Assembly (NCBI GenBank): GCA_028688325.1
Contig: JAQTYI010000002.1
Span: 76,379 to 140,378, forward strand
Direction: 5' to 3'
From: Candidatus Portnoybacteria bacterium
GTDB taxonomy: Bacteria > Patescibacteriota > Minisyncoccia > Portnoybacterales > GWB1-42-6
DNA length: 64,000 bases
The translations under genes were made by a program, and so were the position numbers. Of this stretch, positions 16,430-24,733 are shown piece by piece; position 1 is the first letter of the stretch, and each line of letters begins with the position of its first letter. A model generated the notes under the pieces. That model made no database searches and was not told where the DNA came from. It worked only from the letters and a program-made list of their open reading frames with translations.

Positions 16430-19108
16430 TTATTTTCCACAACACTTCTTATATTTCTTGCCGCTCCCACAAGGGCAAGGATCATTGCGCCCCACTTCCC
16501 CGTCTTTTTTCTCGGCCACAACCTGGCCAGAAATGATATTTTTAACTTCTCGCCTTTCAGCCGCCTGCTCGCTCATTATGCCGACTTTATAAATAGAGCC
16601 GACAAAGCTGCTCTGGATTGCGCCCAGCAGGCGCTGAAAAAGGCGCATGCCTTCGTTTTTATATTCCACCAGCGGGTCTTTCTGGCCGTAGGCGCGCAGT
16701 TTTACAGAATGGCGCAGATGCTCCATTTCGTCCAAGTGCTCCATCCAGAACATATCGATGGTGCGCAAATAGAACATTTTCTCGATTTCGCGCATACTGG
16801 CCTCACTGACCTCTTTTTCTTTTGTCTCGTAGGCCTGCCTGGCCGAATCGGACAAATATTTTTCCAGCTCTTCCTTGTTTTTAATTTCGGCCATCTTCTG
16901 CTCAGCATCGCTGGGCAGATTAAAGATCGCTTTGACACCCTCCTGAATTTCCGCCAGATTCCAATCCTCGCGATAATCGCCTGGCGCGTGAAAATCGATG
17001 ATCTTGGTTATTTCTTTATCGATTATTCCCAAAACCTCATCGCGCAAGCTATCGGATTCCAAAACTTCCAGCCGCTTGCGATAGATGGTTTCGCGCTGCT
17101 TATTCATCACATCGTCATATTCCAGAACATGCTTGCGAGTATCGAAATTAAAGCCCTCTATCTTGGCCTGCGCGTTCTCGATGGCGCGGGAAATCATTTT
17201 ATTCTCGATGGGCTGGTCTTCCGGAATCTGCATAACTTCCATCAGCCGTTTAATTTTATCGGGTGCAAAAATGCGCATCAGGTCGTCTTCCAGCGAAACG
17301 AAAAATTGCGAAGAGCCGGCGTCCCCCTGGCGGCCGGAGCGGCCGCGCAGCTGATCATCGATGCGCCGCGCTTCGTGGCGCTCAGTGCCGATGATATGCA
17401 AACCGCCGAGCGCGACAACTTCGTCGTGTTCTTTTTGCCAATTGTTTAAATCTCCCTCTTCGAGTCCTGTCGGCCTAACCCCTCCTAAAGGAGGGGAACC
17501 CGCATCGCCGCTCCCTCCCTTTAGGGAGGGCTGGGGAGGATTTTCATCAGGTCTTCCACCAAGAATAATATCCACGCCGCGGCCCGCCATATTGGTCGCC
17601 ACCGTCACCCCGCCCTTGCGGCCGGCCTTGGCGATTATCTGCGCTTCCCGCTCGTGGTTTTTGGCATTCAACAATTCATGCGGAATGCCTTCTTTTTTCA
17701 AAAATTGGCTTAATAGTTCATTTTTTTCTATGGAAACCGTTCCCACCAGCACCGGCTGGCCCGCGTCGTGCCGGTTTTTTATCTCCCGCGCCACGGCGAC
17801 AAATTTCCCGTGTTCGGTGCGATAAATGCTGTCGGGCATATCCACGCGCACCATCGGCTGATTGGTCGGCACGATAACGACATCCAATTTATAAACTTTA
17901 GAAAATTCCTCGGCGGATGTTAAAGCCGTGCCGGTCATGCCGGACAGTTTTTTATACAAGCGGAAATAATTCTGGAAAGTTATCGTCGCCAAGGTGCGCG
18001 ATTCTTTCTGCACGGGCACCCCTTCTTTGGCTTCCAAGGCCTGATGCAAACCTTCGCTGTAGCGGCGGCCCTGCATCAAGCGGCCCGTAAATTCATCAAC
18101 GATTATTATTTCGCCGTCTTTCACGACATAATCTTTGTCGCGCTTGAAAAGCGCTTGCGCGCGCAGCGCCTGCTCCAAGTGGTGCGCGTATTTTATCCCG
18201 CCTTCGGTATAGATATTTCCCATGCCCAAAATCTTTTCCACCTTATCTATGCCCTCTTCCGTCAAAGTGGCGGCGCGCATTTTTTCATCGAGATTGTAAT
18301 CAACATTTTCAACAAGACGCGGAGCGATTTTAGAAAAGGTCTCGTATAGTTTTCCCGAATCCTCGTCCGGCGCGGAAATTATCAAAGGCGTGCGCGCTTC
18401 GTCTATCAATATCGAGTCCACTTCGTCCACTATGGCAAAGTTATGTTTGCGCTGAGACATATCTTTCAATTCAGCCACCATATTGTCGCGCAGATAATCG
18501 AAACCGAATTCGTTGTTGGTACCGTAAGTGATGTCGGCGGCATAGGCCTCGGGCCGGCGGACTTCTTTTAGATTCGCCATCTCCACCGTAATCTCGTTCT
18601 TGTCCAACACCACGGGTTCATATATATAGGATCTTTCGTGTTGCAGGCAACCCACGGAAAGCCCCAACAAATTAAAAACCGCGCCCATCCAGTTGGCATC
18701 GCGCTTGGACAGATAATCGTTCACCGTAACAACATGCGCGCCTTTTCCTTCAAGCGCGTTAAGATATATCGCCAAAGTGGCGGTTAAGGTTTTTCCTTCG
18801 CCCGTTTTCATTTCGGCAATCTTGCCTTCATGCAAAACCATTCCGCCGATAAGTTGCGCGTCAAAATGCCGCTGGCCCAAAGCTCTTTTGGCCGCCTCGC
18901 GCGTCAGCGCGAAGGCCTCCGGCAAAATTTCATCCAGCGTTTGACCTTTTTGCAAACGCTCCCTGAGCTCCTGTGTTTTGTTTTTCAATTCCTCAACCGA
19001 AAAACGCCCGAACTCCGGTTCAAGCTTGTTTATCTGTTCAACGATGGTTTCGTATTTGGCAATGCTCCCCCCGCCCGCGTTGCCGAAAAAATTAGTTAAA
19101 AACGACAT
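16430..19108 (-). CDS. secA: Preprotein translocase ATPase SecA, with an in-frame palindromic-repeat insertion.
   Basis: Full SecA architecture (DEAD motor motifs, PPXD, HWD/HSD) and C-terminal zinc finger CPCGSGKKYKKCCG. Insert NPPQPSLKGGSGDAGSPPLGGVRPTGLEEGD encoded by 17478-17538. Confidence 0.95.
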   Translation of the reverse strand: MSFLTNFFGNAGGGSIAKYETIVEQINKLEPEFGRFSVEELKNKTQELRERLQKGQTLDEILPEAFALTREAAKRALGQRHFDAQLIGGMVLHEGKIAEMKTGEGKTLTATLAIYLNALEGKGAHVVTVNDYLSKRDANWMGAVFNLLGLSVGCLQHERSYIYEPVVLDKNEITVEMANLKEVRRPEAYAADITYGTNNEFGFDYLRDNMVAELKDMSQRKHNFAIVDEVDSILIDEARTPLIISAPDEDSGKLYETFSKIAPRLVENVDYNLDEKMRAATLTEEGIDKVEKILGMGNIYTEGGIKYAHHLEQALRAQALFKRDKDYVVKDGEIIIVDEFTGRLMQGRRYSEGLHQALEAKEGVPVQKESRTLATITFQNYFRLYKKLSGMTGTALTSAEEFSKVYKLDVVIVPTNQPMVRVDMPDSIYRTEHGKFVAVAREIKNRHDAGQPVLVGTVSIEKNELLSQFLKKEGIPHELLNAKNHEREAQIIAKAGRKGGVTVATNMAGRGVDIILGGRPDENPPQPSLKGGSGDAGSPPLGGVRPTGLEEGDLNNWQKEHDEVVALGGLHIIGTERHEARRIDDQLRGRSGRQGDAGSSQFFVSLEDDLMRIFAPDKIKRLMEVMQIPEDQPIENKMISRAIENAQAKIEGFNFDTRKHVLEYDDVMNKQRETIYRKRLEVLESDSLRDEVLGIIDKEITKIIDFHAPGDYREDWNLAEIQEGVKAIFNLPSDAEQKMAEIKNKEELEKYLSDSARQAYETKEKEVSEASMREIEKMFYLRTIDMFWMEHLDEMEHLRHSVKLRAYGQKDPLVEYKNEGMRLFQRLLGAIQSSFVGSIYKVGIMSEQAAERREVKNIISGQVVAEKKDGEVGRNDPCPCGSGKKYKKCCGK
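17478..17538. repeat. Two GC-stem hairpin units inserted in frame in secA, encoding PPQPSLKGGSGDAGSPPLGG.
   Basis: cccctcctaaaggagggg and ccctccctttagggaggg; same architecture and same PxLKGG peptide as the alaS units. Confidence 0.7.
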
Positions 19109-19148
19109 ATGTTAGTCCTAATCCTCGCTATTTATTTTTGTCACATTA

Positions 19149-19177
19149 ATAATACCCATTAAATGTTATATTATCAA
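19149..19177 (-). promoter_or_regulatory. Sigma70-like promoter for secA (TTGATA-17-TATTAT on the minus strand).
   Basis: Reverse complement reads ttgata atataacatttaatggg tattat; the -35 sits 1 bp from palindrome copy 1. Confidence 0.55.
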
Positions 19178-19178
19178 T

Positions 19179-19216
19179 CTTGGACACTTTTACGCTATAG
19201 CGTAAAAGTGTCCAAG
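19179..19216. repeat. 38-bp perfect palindrome, copy 1 (cttggacacttttacgctatagcgtaaaagtgtccaag), abutting the secA -35.
   Basis: Perfect dyad symmetry. Core cacttttacgctatagcgtaaaagtg is shared with copies 2 and 3. Confidence 0.8.
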
Positions 19217-19258
19217 AGACAGCCGACAACAACTTCTCTATCCCTCCAGTATGGACTC

Positions 19259-19852
19259 CTACACATTAAAATATTTTTTTAATCTTTTGTCGATATCTTT
19301 AATGTCCGACTCCAGATATAGAATATCATCGCCGACTCCAAAAAAATCCGAAATAAAATCAATCTCTTTTTTGCAGTCAAATGGATAAATAAAAACACTT
19401 TTCTGAAGCTGCAGCATCCTCAAATTTTTGAATTTAGAGCGCAAAGCATCTCTGGCTTGTTTTTTATCTTCTGGTATGTCAAAAATTATTACCCGCCATT
19501 TGCCGTCCCATCGCTTATCGTTTTTTAATTCAATCCTATCGACATCATATTTTAATAATTCTTCCCGGCCTTTTTTCGTTAAAATCATCTCTGCCCGCCC
19601 ACCCCTCATTTTTCTTTTTATTAATTTTCTTTTTTCTAACCGGCCGACATATCGCCTGGCGCTTGACCGGTTGAAATTTTTCCAAGAAACATAATTTTCG
19701 TCTTTTAATAAAAAACTAAAAGCTGACACCGCGTTAGGCGCCGCTATCGCCGCCAACAAAACCCCGCCCATCCCCAAAAACTTCAGAATGGCCTTAGCTG
19801 AAAAAGCGTCCGAATCTTTATTTAATTCCTTTATTTTATCAAATATTCTCAT
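19259..19852 (-). CDS. Small regulator-like protein: hydrophobic N-terminus, winged HTH, and a C-terminal Cas2-like/PaaX_C-like ferredoxin fold.
   Basis: RRYVGRLEKRKLIKRK ... ILTKKGREELL (wHTH-like). WRVIIFDIPEDKKQARDALRSKFKNLRMLQLQKSVFIYPFD ... ILYLE closely matches the Cas2/PaaX C-terminal signature. Confidence 0.5.
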   Translation of the reverse strand: MRIFDKIKELNKDSDAFSAKAILKFLGMGGVLLAAIAAPNAVSAFSFLLKDENYVSWKNFNRSSARRYVGRLEKRKLIKRKMRGGRAEMILTKKGREELLKYDVDRIELKNDKRWDGKWRVIIFDIPEDKKQARDALRSKFKNLRMLQLQKSVFIYPFDCKKEIDFISDFFGVGDDILYLESDIKDIDKRLKKYFNV

Positions 19853-19950
19853 TTTAGTAATTCAAGTCCTTTTCAAATTGCCATCCTTATGATTCTTATT
19901 ATATTATGTATGCCATATATTGGCGCCGCGTATTTTATTATTTTAATTTT

Positions 19951-19998
19951 ATCATCCTGGACACTTTTACGCTATAGCGTAAAAGTGTCCAGGATGAT
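19951..19998. repeat. 48-bp perfect palindrome, copy 2 (atcatcctggacacttttacgctatagcgtaaaagtgtccaggatgat).
   Basis: Perfect dyad. Located between the divergent PaaX/Cas2-like gene and the 146-aa gene. Confidence 0.8.
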
Positions 19999-20056
19999 TG
20001 CCTATTCTATTATATATCTTGTACCTGTTGTACATCGACCATTCAACCTCGGCCTA

Positions 20057-20085
20057 TTGACAAGTTGATAAAAAGATTCTATACT
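20057..20085 (+). promoter_or_regulatory. Consensus sigma70 promoter (TTGACA-17-TATACT) for the 146-aa gene.
   Basis: ttgaca agttgataaaaagattc tatact. Confidence 0.7.
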
Positions 20086-20150
20086 GTACTGCGTTGACTT
20101 ATCCGGCTCTTTTTATCTGAAAATATATACCAAACCAACAAGGAGGAATT

Positions 20151-20591
20151 ATGGATGCGAAAGAAAAACAGTTCGGAGAGATTAACACCGTGCTTGCCAA
20201 AGAGCTTGAACATCACGCCAGGCCAGGCAGAAGCATGATGGGGCCGCGCTTCAAGATGACATTCTATTTTTCCTTTGCTCACCTGTCCGACGGGCGCCGT
20301 ATCAATATGGTTTCCAAGGTAACGGGAATCCCGGTTGCGGAGCTGCGCGAATACCGCGAATTCCGCAAAACGGAAATCCCGCGATTGCTCAAAAAGATAT
20401 TCTTGGAAAATCCGGATTTGGCTCCAAGCAACAAAGAAATCCAAAATGGCAGCGCCTGGGGCGATATGCAACCAGAGTTTTCCAAAAAGATGAGCGTTTG
20501 GGCAAAAAAGACCAGTATCAATTTCCACATCATCCGCGCCGTCTGGGACGAAACACTGCCCAGCAAACGCCAAAAGATCTTTGGAAATTAA
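20151..20591 (+). CDS. Hypothetical 146-aa protein with a possible internal HTH (INMVSKVTGIPVAELREYREF), expressed from its own strong promoter and terminator.
   Basis: SD AAGGAGG 4-5 nt before ATG; sigma70 promoter at 20057-20085; intrinsic terminator at 20611-20645; no recognisable family. Confidence 0.5.
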   Translation: MDAKEKQFGEINTVLAKELEHHARPGRSMMGPRFKMTFYFSFAHLSDGRRINMVSKVTGIPVAELREYREFRKTEIPRLLKKIFLENPDLAPSNKEIQNGSAWGDMQPEFSKKMSVWAKKTSINFHIIRAVWDETLPSKRQKIFGN

Positions 20592-20610
20592 AACGATATC
20601 CGAAACAGCA

Positions 20611-20645
20611 CAAGGACTGCAAATGCAGTCCTTGTTTTTTTATTT
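20611..20645 (+). terminator. Rho-independent terminator after the 146-aa gene.
   Basis: caaggactgca aat tgcagtccttg ttttttttatttatttt. Confidence 0.8.
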
Positions 20646-20850
20646 ATTTTACACAATTTTCTTATAATCTTTTTGAATACAGCAAAAATTTTGTCGGGTC
20701 GTCTTTGGCAAAGATTTCCGGAATGTCTTCATTTCATCAATTGTTTTTATTTTCATAATTTTGTGCCCATCTAACCAAACCGCGACTTTCCAATTTTCAC
20801 ATCCGCTATTTGCACCATATACCATAGGAGGCCCTATTTTCATTTTATCA

Positions 20851-20890
20851 TCTTGAGCACTTTTACGCTATAGCGTAAAAGTGCTCAAGA
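20851..20890. repeat. 40-bp perfect palindrome, copy 3 (tcttgagcacttttacgctatagcgtaaaagtgctcaaga), with compensatory arm changes (ggacac>gagcac, gtgtcc>gtgctc).
   Basis: Perfect dyad; same core; the left flank ttttatcatc is shared with copy 2. Confidence 0.8.
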
Positions 20891-21074
20891 ACTACTGTTA
20901 CATACCGATACCAATACTGATCGAACTTATTCAATCCGGCAAATTCCCCACCTCTCTCTGCTGAAAAAATTAGATAAAAAAGGACATTTTTATTTTTATC
21001 GTCCTGAACTTGATTCAGGATCCAGAAGATTAAATTTATACCAAATTATACAAAAAAATAGCCGAAATTGCAAA

Positions 21075-21108
21075 TAAAAAACCACCGATACTAAACATAA
21101 AATCGGTG
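21075..21108 (-). terminator. Intrinsic terminator downstream of the GNAT-like gene.
   Basis: Minus strand reads caccgat-loop-atcggtg followed by gttttttatttg. Confidence 0.6.
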
Positions 21109-21131
21109 ACTAAATACGATCCTATAAATAA

Positions 21132-22349
21132 TCAAAGTTTTTTCGTATAGAATAAAAACATTGACTCGTCTCCGCCGTCCTTGCTCTTTAAGTAAACATC
21201 CGGGCCAACACCATTTTCGCCGGATTGAAAACCATTTTTTTGGTATCTCTCCGCCTCGCCTTCCCTGTGTACAAGCATAACCTCTACATCAATATTTTTT
21301 CCGTAACCCTTTATTGCCTCTGCTAATCTATCAACAGATTCCGGACTGTCGGGATTTACCCCATCCCAATTAACCCATAAAATATTTTCATAAACGCCAA
21401 TAGAAGCTATACAAAAGTTTTCAATGTTCCCTTGCTTATCCCGCAAAACAAAACTGTGTGGTTCAAAAATAACCGGCTCTCCTTTCTTCTGTTGTAAAAA
21501 AAGATCCAAACAGACCCTAAACTCTTCCATTCTATCAGGAGAGTATATTTTTTCGGCTAATTTTAAAATTTCCTCCTTATTCTCAACGGCTATTTCTTCG
21601 GTCGGAATAAAAGGTTCTATCTGCTGATTACTTATATTGGAAAAATAAGAAAAGAGATCTCTTCCCGGCCCAAAATAATCCTTTACATTAAAACTCTGCT
21701 TGTAGCCAGCATTTTCGTATTTTCGGCGCGCCCTATCTTCACTTACCCAATCACTTGTTTCACTGGCAATTAAAGTACCGCCTCTCGCTTTGGCTAATTT
21801 TTCAGTCCAATTTAAAATGAAACCGCCCACTCCGGAGTTTTGGTATTTCTTACTAACAGCGTACCAACCGAGGCGAACGACCATATGATGCTTTTCTGGG
21901 TCTAAAAGATTCCTGGTACCAAGCCCGGCTGCATCTTGGATGTCGGTCGTAAAAATACCAGTCAGCGCAAATGGCTTATTCTCATCATCAGTAATAACAT
22001 AATACTCGGCTGTGTAAAGCGTTGGGTGGTCTAGTTTTTCTTGCTCAAGATAAGAATCAATTTCTTCTTTAAGATCCGGAAAAGAAACATCTTCACCCTC
22101 CCAAGAATCCTTTACTTCCCGAAATAGTTCTTCAGTAAAATTATCACTCATAGCAAAAACTCGAAACTTAATTGGCGTTTCTCCTTCCTTAGTTTTTTTT
22201 ATTATTTCGTGCTCGAATAAGGGCGCCTCGGGCCTCTCTTGGTTCTTCTTGAATTCTTCCCGGCTAACGACTCCTTGCAGAAATCTTTCTTTTTTTTGTG
22301 ATTCAGTTTCTTGATTATAAACCTGATTTTCAATTTTTTCTTTAATCAT
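21132..22349 (-). CDS. Hypothetical protein with a GNAT-like acyl-CoA N-acyltransferase core.
   Basis: VVRLGWYAVSKKYQNSGVGGFILNWTEKLAKARGG resembles the GNAT motif A (Q/RxxGxG/A); the rest is unassigned. Confidence 0.4.
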   Translation of the reverse strand: MIKEKIENQVYNQETESQKKERFLQGVVSREEFKKNQERPEAPLFEHEIIKKTKEGETPIKFRVFAMSDNFTEELFREVKDSWEGEDVSFPDLKEEIDSYLEQEKLDHPTLYTAEYYVITDDENKPFALTGIFTTDIQDAAGLGTRNLLDPEKHHMVVRLGWYAVSKKYQNSGVGGFILNWTEKLAKARGGTLIASETSDWVSEDRARRKYENAGYKQSFNVKDYFGPGRDLFSYFSNISNQQIEPFIPTEEIAVENKEEILKLAEKIYSPDRMEEFRVCLDLFLQQKKGEPVIFEPHSFVLRDKQGNIENFCIASIGVYENILWVNWDGVNPDSPESVDRLAEAIKGYGKNIDVEVMLVHREGEAERYQKNGFQSGENGVGPDVYLKSKDGGDESMFLFYTKKL

Positions 22350-22354
22350 AAAAA

Positions 22355-23140
22355 TTAATCATACAAATTAAATAAAGATTGGGCAGTTTTATAGAAAATG
22401 TTCTCTTTCTCTTTTTTGGTTAATTGCAGTCGGTTTATATAGCCAACATATCCTTTTTGGTCACACAGGTTCCAATCAGTCCCGAATAGAAGCTTATCAG
22501 TTGAGCCACCAAACAAAAGATAATCAGAAAATAGTCTTTTTAATAAAATTTTATCCTGCGGCTTAACAGAGTCGTATACCAGACCAGAACAATCTATGTA
22601 GACATTTTTATTTTTATAAGAAACCTCCGCCGCATCCTTTGCCCAAGGATTGCCAAAATGAGCAATCACGATTTTTAAGTTTGGCAGATCAGAAGCCAAA
22701 TCATCAAAAATCAAAGGATGTGCATATTTTAATTTTGCGTCTTTTGCTTGATTCCAAGTATCACCGCTATGAAAAATTGCCGGTTGATTGTATTTTTCCA
22801 ACAGATTCAAATAAGGCCTCAAGATTTTGTCACTGGGATAAAAATGCTCATAACCAGTGTAAAATTTTAAACCGTAAATCTTTTTACCGGCTAACCATTC
22901 TTCTATCTGCTCTGGCGTTGATCTATTCTGAGAAAGCGGAGAAATTGAAGCAATCGGGAAAAGAATTCCCTTGAACAATGAAGATTCGCACAACAGTTTC
23001 TCGTTGGCGCAATTAAACATTTCGCCGGCATAAACCAAGGCCTTTTTTATTTTAGCTTTTTTCATTGAAGCAACTATTTCTTGTGCTCCAAATTTCTTAT
23101 CGGGATAAAATTCAAGATGGGTATGGCAATCTATAATCAT
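22355..23140 (-). CDS. Metal-dependent TIM-barrel amidohydrolase (amidohydrolase_2-like).
   Basis: MIIDCHTHL ... HSGD ... IVIAHFG ... FGTDW motif series. Confidence 0.6.
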   Translation of the reverse strand: MIIDCHTHLEFYPDKKFGAQEIVASMKKAKIKKALVYAGEMFNCANEKLLCESSLFKGILFPIASISPLSQNRSTPEQIEEWLAGKKIYGLKFYTGYEHFYPSDKILRPYLNLLEKYNQPAIFHSGDTWNQAKDAKLKYAHPLIFDDLASDLPNLKIVIAHFGNPWAKDAAEVSYKNKNVYIDCSGLVYDSVKPQDKILLKRLFSDYLLFGGSTDKLLFGTDWNLCDQKGYVGYINRLQLTKKEKENIFYKTAQSLFNLYD

Positions 23141-23226
23141 AGGTTAATACTATCAAATATTCACATTAAAAGACAATCTTTATCGTTAATTTTATTATCA
23201 TCGGAATTATTGTAAAAAAATAATTG

Positions 23227-23265
23227 AAAAGGGGCACGGATGAATTTGTCCGCGCCCCTTGTTTT
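23227..23265. terminator. Intrinsic terminator-like hairpin downstream of the flavoprotein gene.
   Basis: aaaa ggggcacgg ... ccgcgcccc ttgtttt. Confidence 0.45.
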
Positions 23266-24086
23266 CAACAGTTTGGCTCCAAATATTTGAAGTCATCCCA
23301 TTGATAGCCGCTTTCCTTGAGCATCCTCGAAATAAGAACTAAATTGCGCCCATCGGCTCGCATCGTGTTATCAACCCATTCAAATTTTCTTTGATTGATA
23401 ACCCGCAAACCAATGCGAACTAGTTTTCTATTCAAAAGATTTGGCTTGAATACTTGACCCCAGGGCAACGCCCAAACTCCCATTGCTCTTAGTTGGCCAG
23501 CCATCCAGCCAAGCGCCATATTCGCCCCGTCTCCTTCTTGAGAAGCCAATAAAACACAAGGATTTCCAAACAGAGGTTCCTTGCCGTTTTTGAAGGTGAT
23601 TTCATAACGATTCTCTTCTATCGCCGTCATTTTATCAATGAGAATTTTTATTGCGGCTGAGGGCGAAGACCAATGAACTGGCGTGGCGAATACAAAGGCG
23701 TCGGCGTCGATCATCGCCTGCAGGATTTCATTGGTGTCATCGTCGCAGTGGATGCATGGGAATTCACATTCCCTGTCCGAATCCGACACGCAACCCTCGC
23801 ACGGTTTCATCTTTTTCTCGCACAGCATTATGACCTTTGTCTCCGCGCCGAAGCTTCTGGCATGAGCCAATAGCGTTTCCAGCATTTTATGGCTGCTGCT
23901 TTTGGCGCCGCGCGGACTGCCGGAAATGCCCAGGATCTTTATGGGCCCCTGGAATTTTTCCCTCGGTTTCAAGCGAACTTCCACGGTTTCCGTGCCTATC
24001 AACCGCCTCAGTAAATTGAACAAAAATACTTTCCATGCGTTCATTTTTTCCTCCTGTATGCCTGAATTGTTGTATTTTAGGAACAA
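23265..24086 (-). CDS. NAD(P)H-dependent FMN reductase / iron-sulfur flavoprotein-like protein.
   Basis: ILGISGSPRGAKSSSHKMLE flavodoxin-like motif, plus a cysteine cluster CEGCVSDSDRECEFPCIHCDD. Confidence 0.55.
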   Translation of the reverse strand: MFLKYNNSGIQEEKMNAWKVFLFNLLRRLIGTETVEVRLKPREKFQGPIKILGISGSPRGAKSSSHKMLETLLAHARSFGAETKVIMLCEKKMKPCEGCVSDSDRECEFPCIHCDDDTNEILQAMIDADAFVFATPVHWSSPSAAIKILIDKMTAIEENRYEITFKNGKEPLFGNPCVLLASQEGDGANMALGWMAGQLRAMGVWALPWGQVFKPNLLNRKLVRIGLRVINQRKFEWVDNTMRADGRNLVLISRMLKESGYQWDDFKYLEPNC

Positions 24087-24206
24087 AATTACCCTATCTG
24101 ACTATTCTTATATTATACACTTTTGATTATGATTTGTCAATATATCAGACGCCAAACAAAAAACCGCCCTGCATTTTGCGGAGCGGCAAAAACTTCCCAA
24201 AAAAAA

Positions 24207-24605
24207 TTAAAATAAATTTCTGGCTTTCATCATCGCGGCGAATTCCTTCGACGATTTGCCTTGGCTCATTTTTTCCATCGGGCAAAGGTCGTCGCCTTCT
24301 TTGTTTAAAATACACTTAACGATTTTTTGATATTCCACTTTCGCGCCGCCGCGCGCCAAGACGATAAGCGCCCCGCGGGAAATCAGCGGCGTCATCACCT
24401 TTTTCACTCCGCCATAAATTAGCAGCAGCGCGGCGGCGCGGCCCACGACTTTATCGAAAACCGTAGCTCCGCGCATCTGCGCTTTATGTTTTTTCAGGCA
24501 AAAAATCAGCGGCGCAAGCCGCTGTTTTTTTGATTTGTATATGACTTTTCCGCCTTTGATCAGCGCGAAAGCGAGTTTTTTGTCGGTGAAATATTTTAAA
24601 TCCAT
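24207..24605 (-). CDS. Hypothetical small protein.
   Basis: ORF MDLKYFTDKKLAFALIKGGKVIYKSK ..., lying immediately downstream of a MITE-like element; no firm family assignment. Confidence 0.35.
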   Translation of the reverse strand: MDLKYFTDKKLAFALIKGGKVIYKSKKQRLAPLIFCLKKHKAQMRGATVFDKVVGRAAALLLIYGGVKKVMTPLISRGALIVLARGGAKVEYQKIVKCILNKEGDDLCPMEKMSQGKSSKEFAAMMKARNLF

Positions 24606-24613
24606 TCCCAATT

Positions 24614-24733
24614 TGTCATCCCGGGCTCCCGCCTCGCCCGACGAACATGCCGGCCTCGCCGAGTCAGGCGGGCGAGTCGAGGCGGGTGACCCGGGATCCA
24701 GGTCCTGGATTCTCGCCTTCGCGGGAATGACAT
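24614..24733. mobile_element. MITE-like palindromic element, family A, intergenic copy.
   Basis: tgtcatcccgggc ... gacccgggatccaggtcctggattctcgcc ... gcgggaatgaca; fills the gap between two minus-strand genes. Confidence 0.7.

Noticed and set aside
20649-20843. 64-aa minus-strand ORF between the terminator and palindrome copy 3.
   Set aside because: No SD; the start codon sits 7 nt from the palindrome; composition is unremarkable. Probably a chance ORF.
19179-20890. Possible CRISPR array suggested by three similar palindromic repeats next to a Cas2-like gene.
   Set aside because: The units are about 770-850 bp apart and the intervening DNA contains full genes with promoters and terminators. 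There are no short uniform spacers and no other cas genes.
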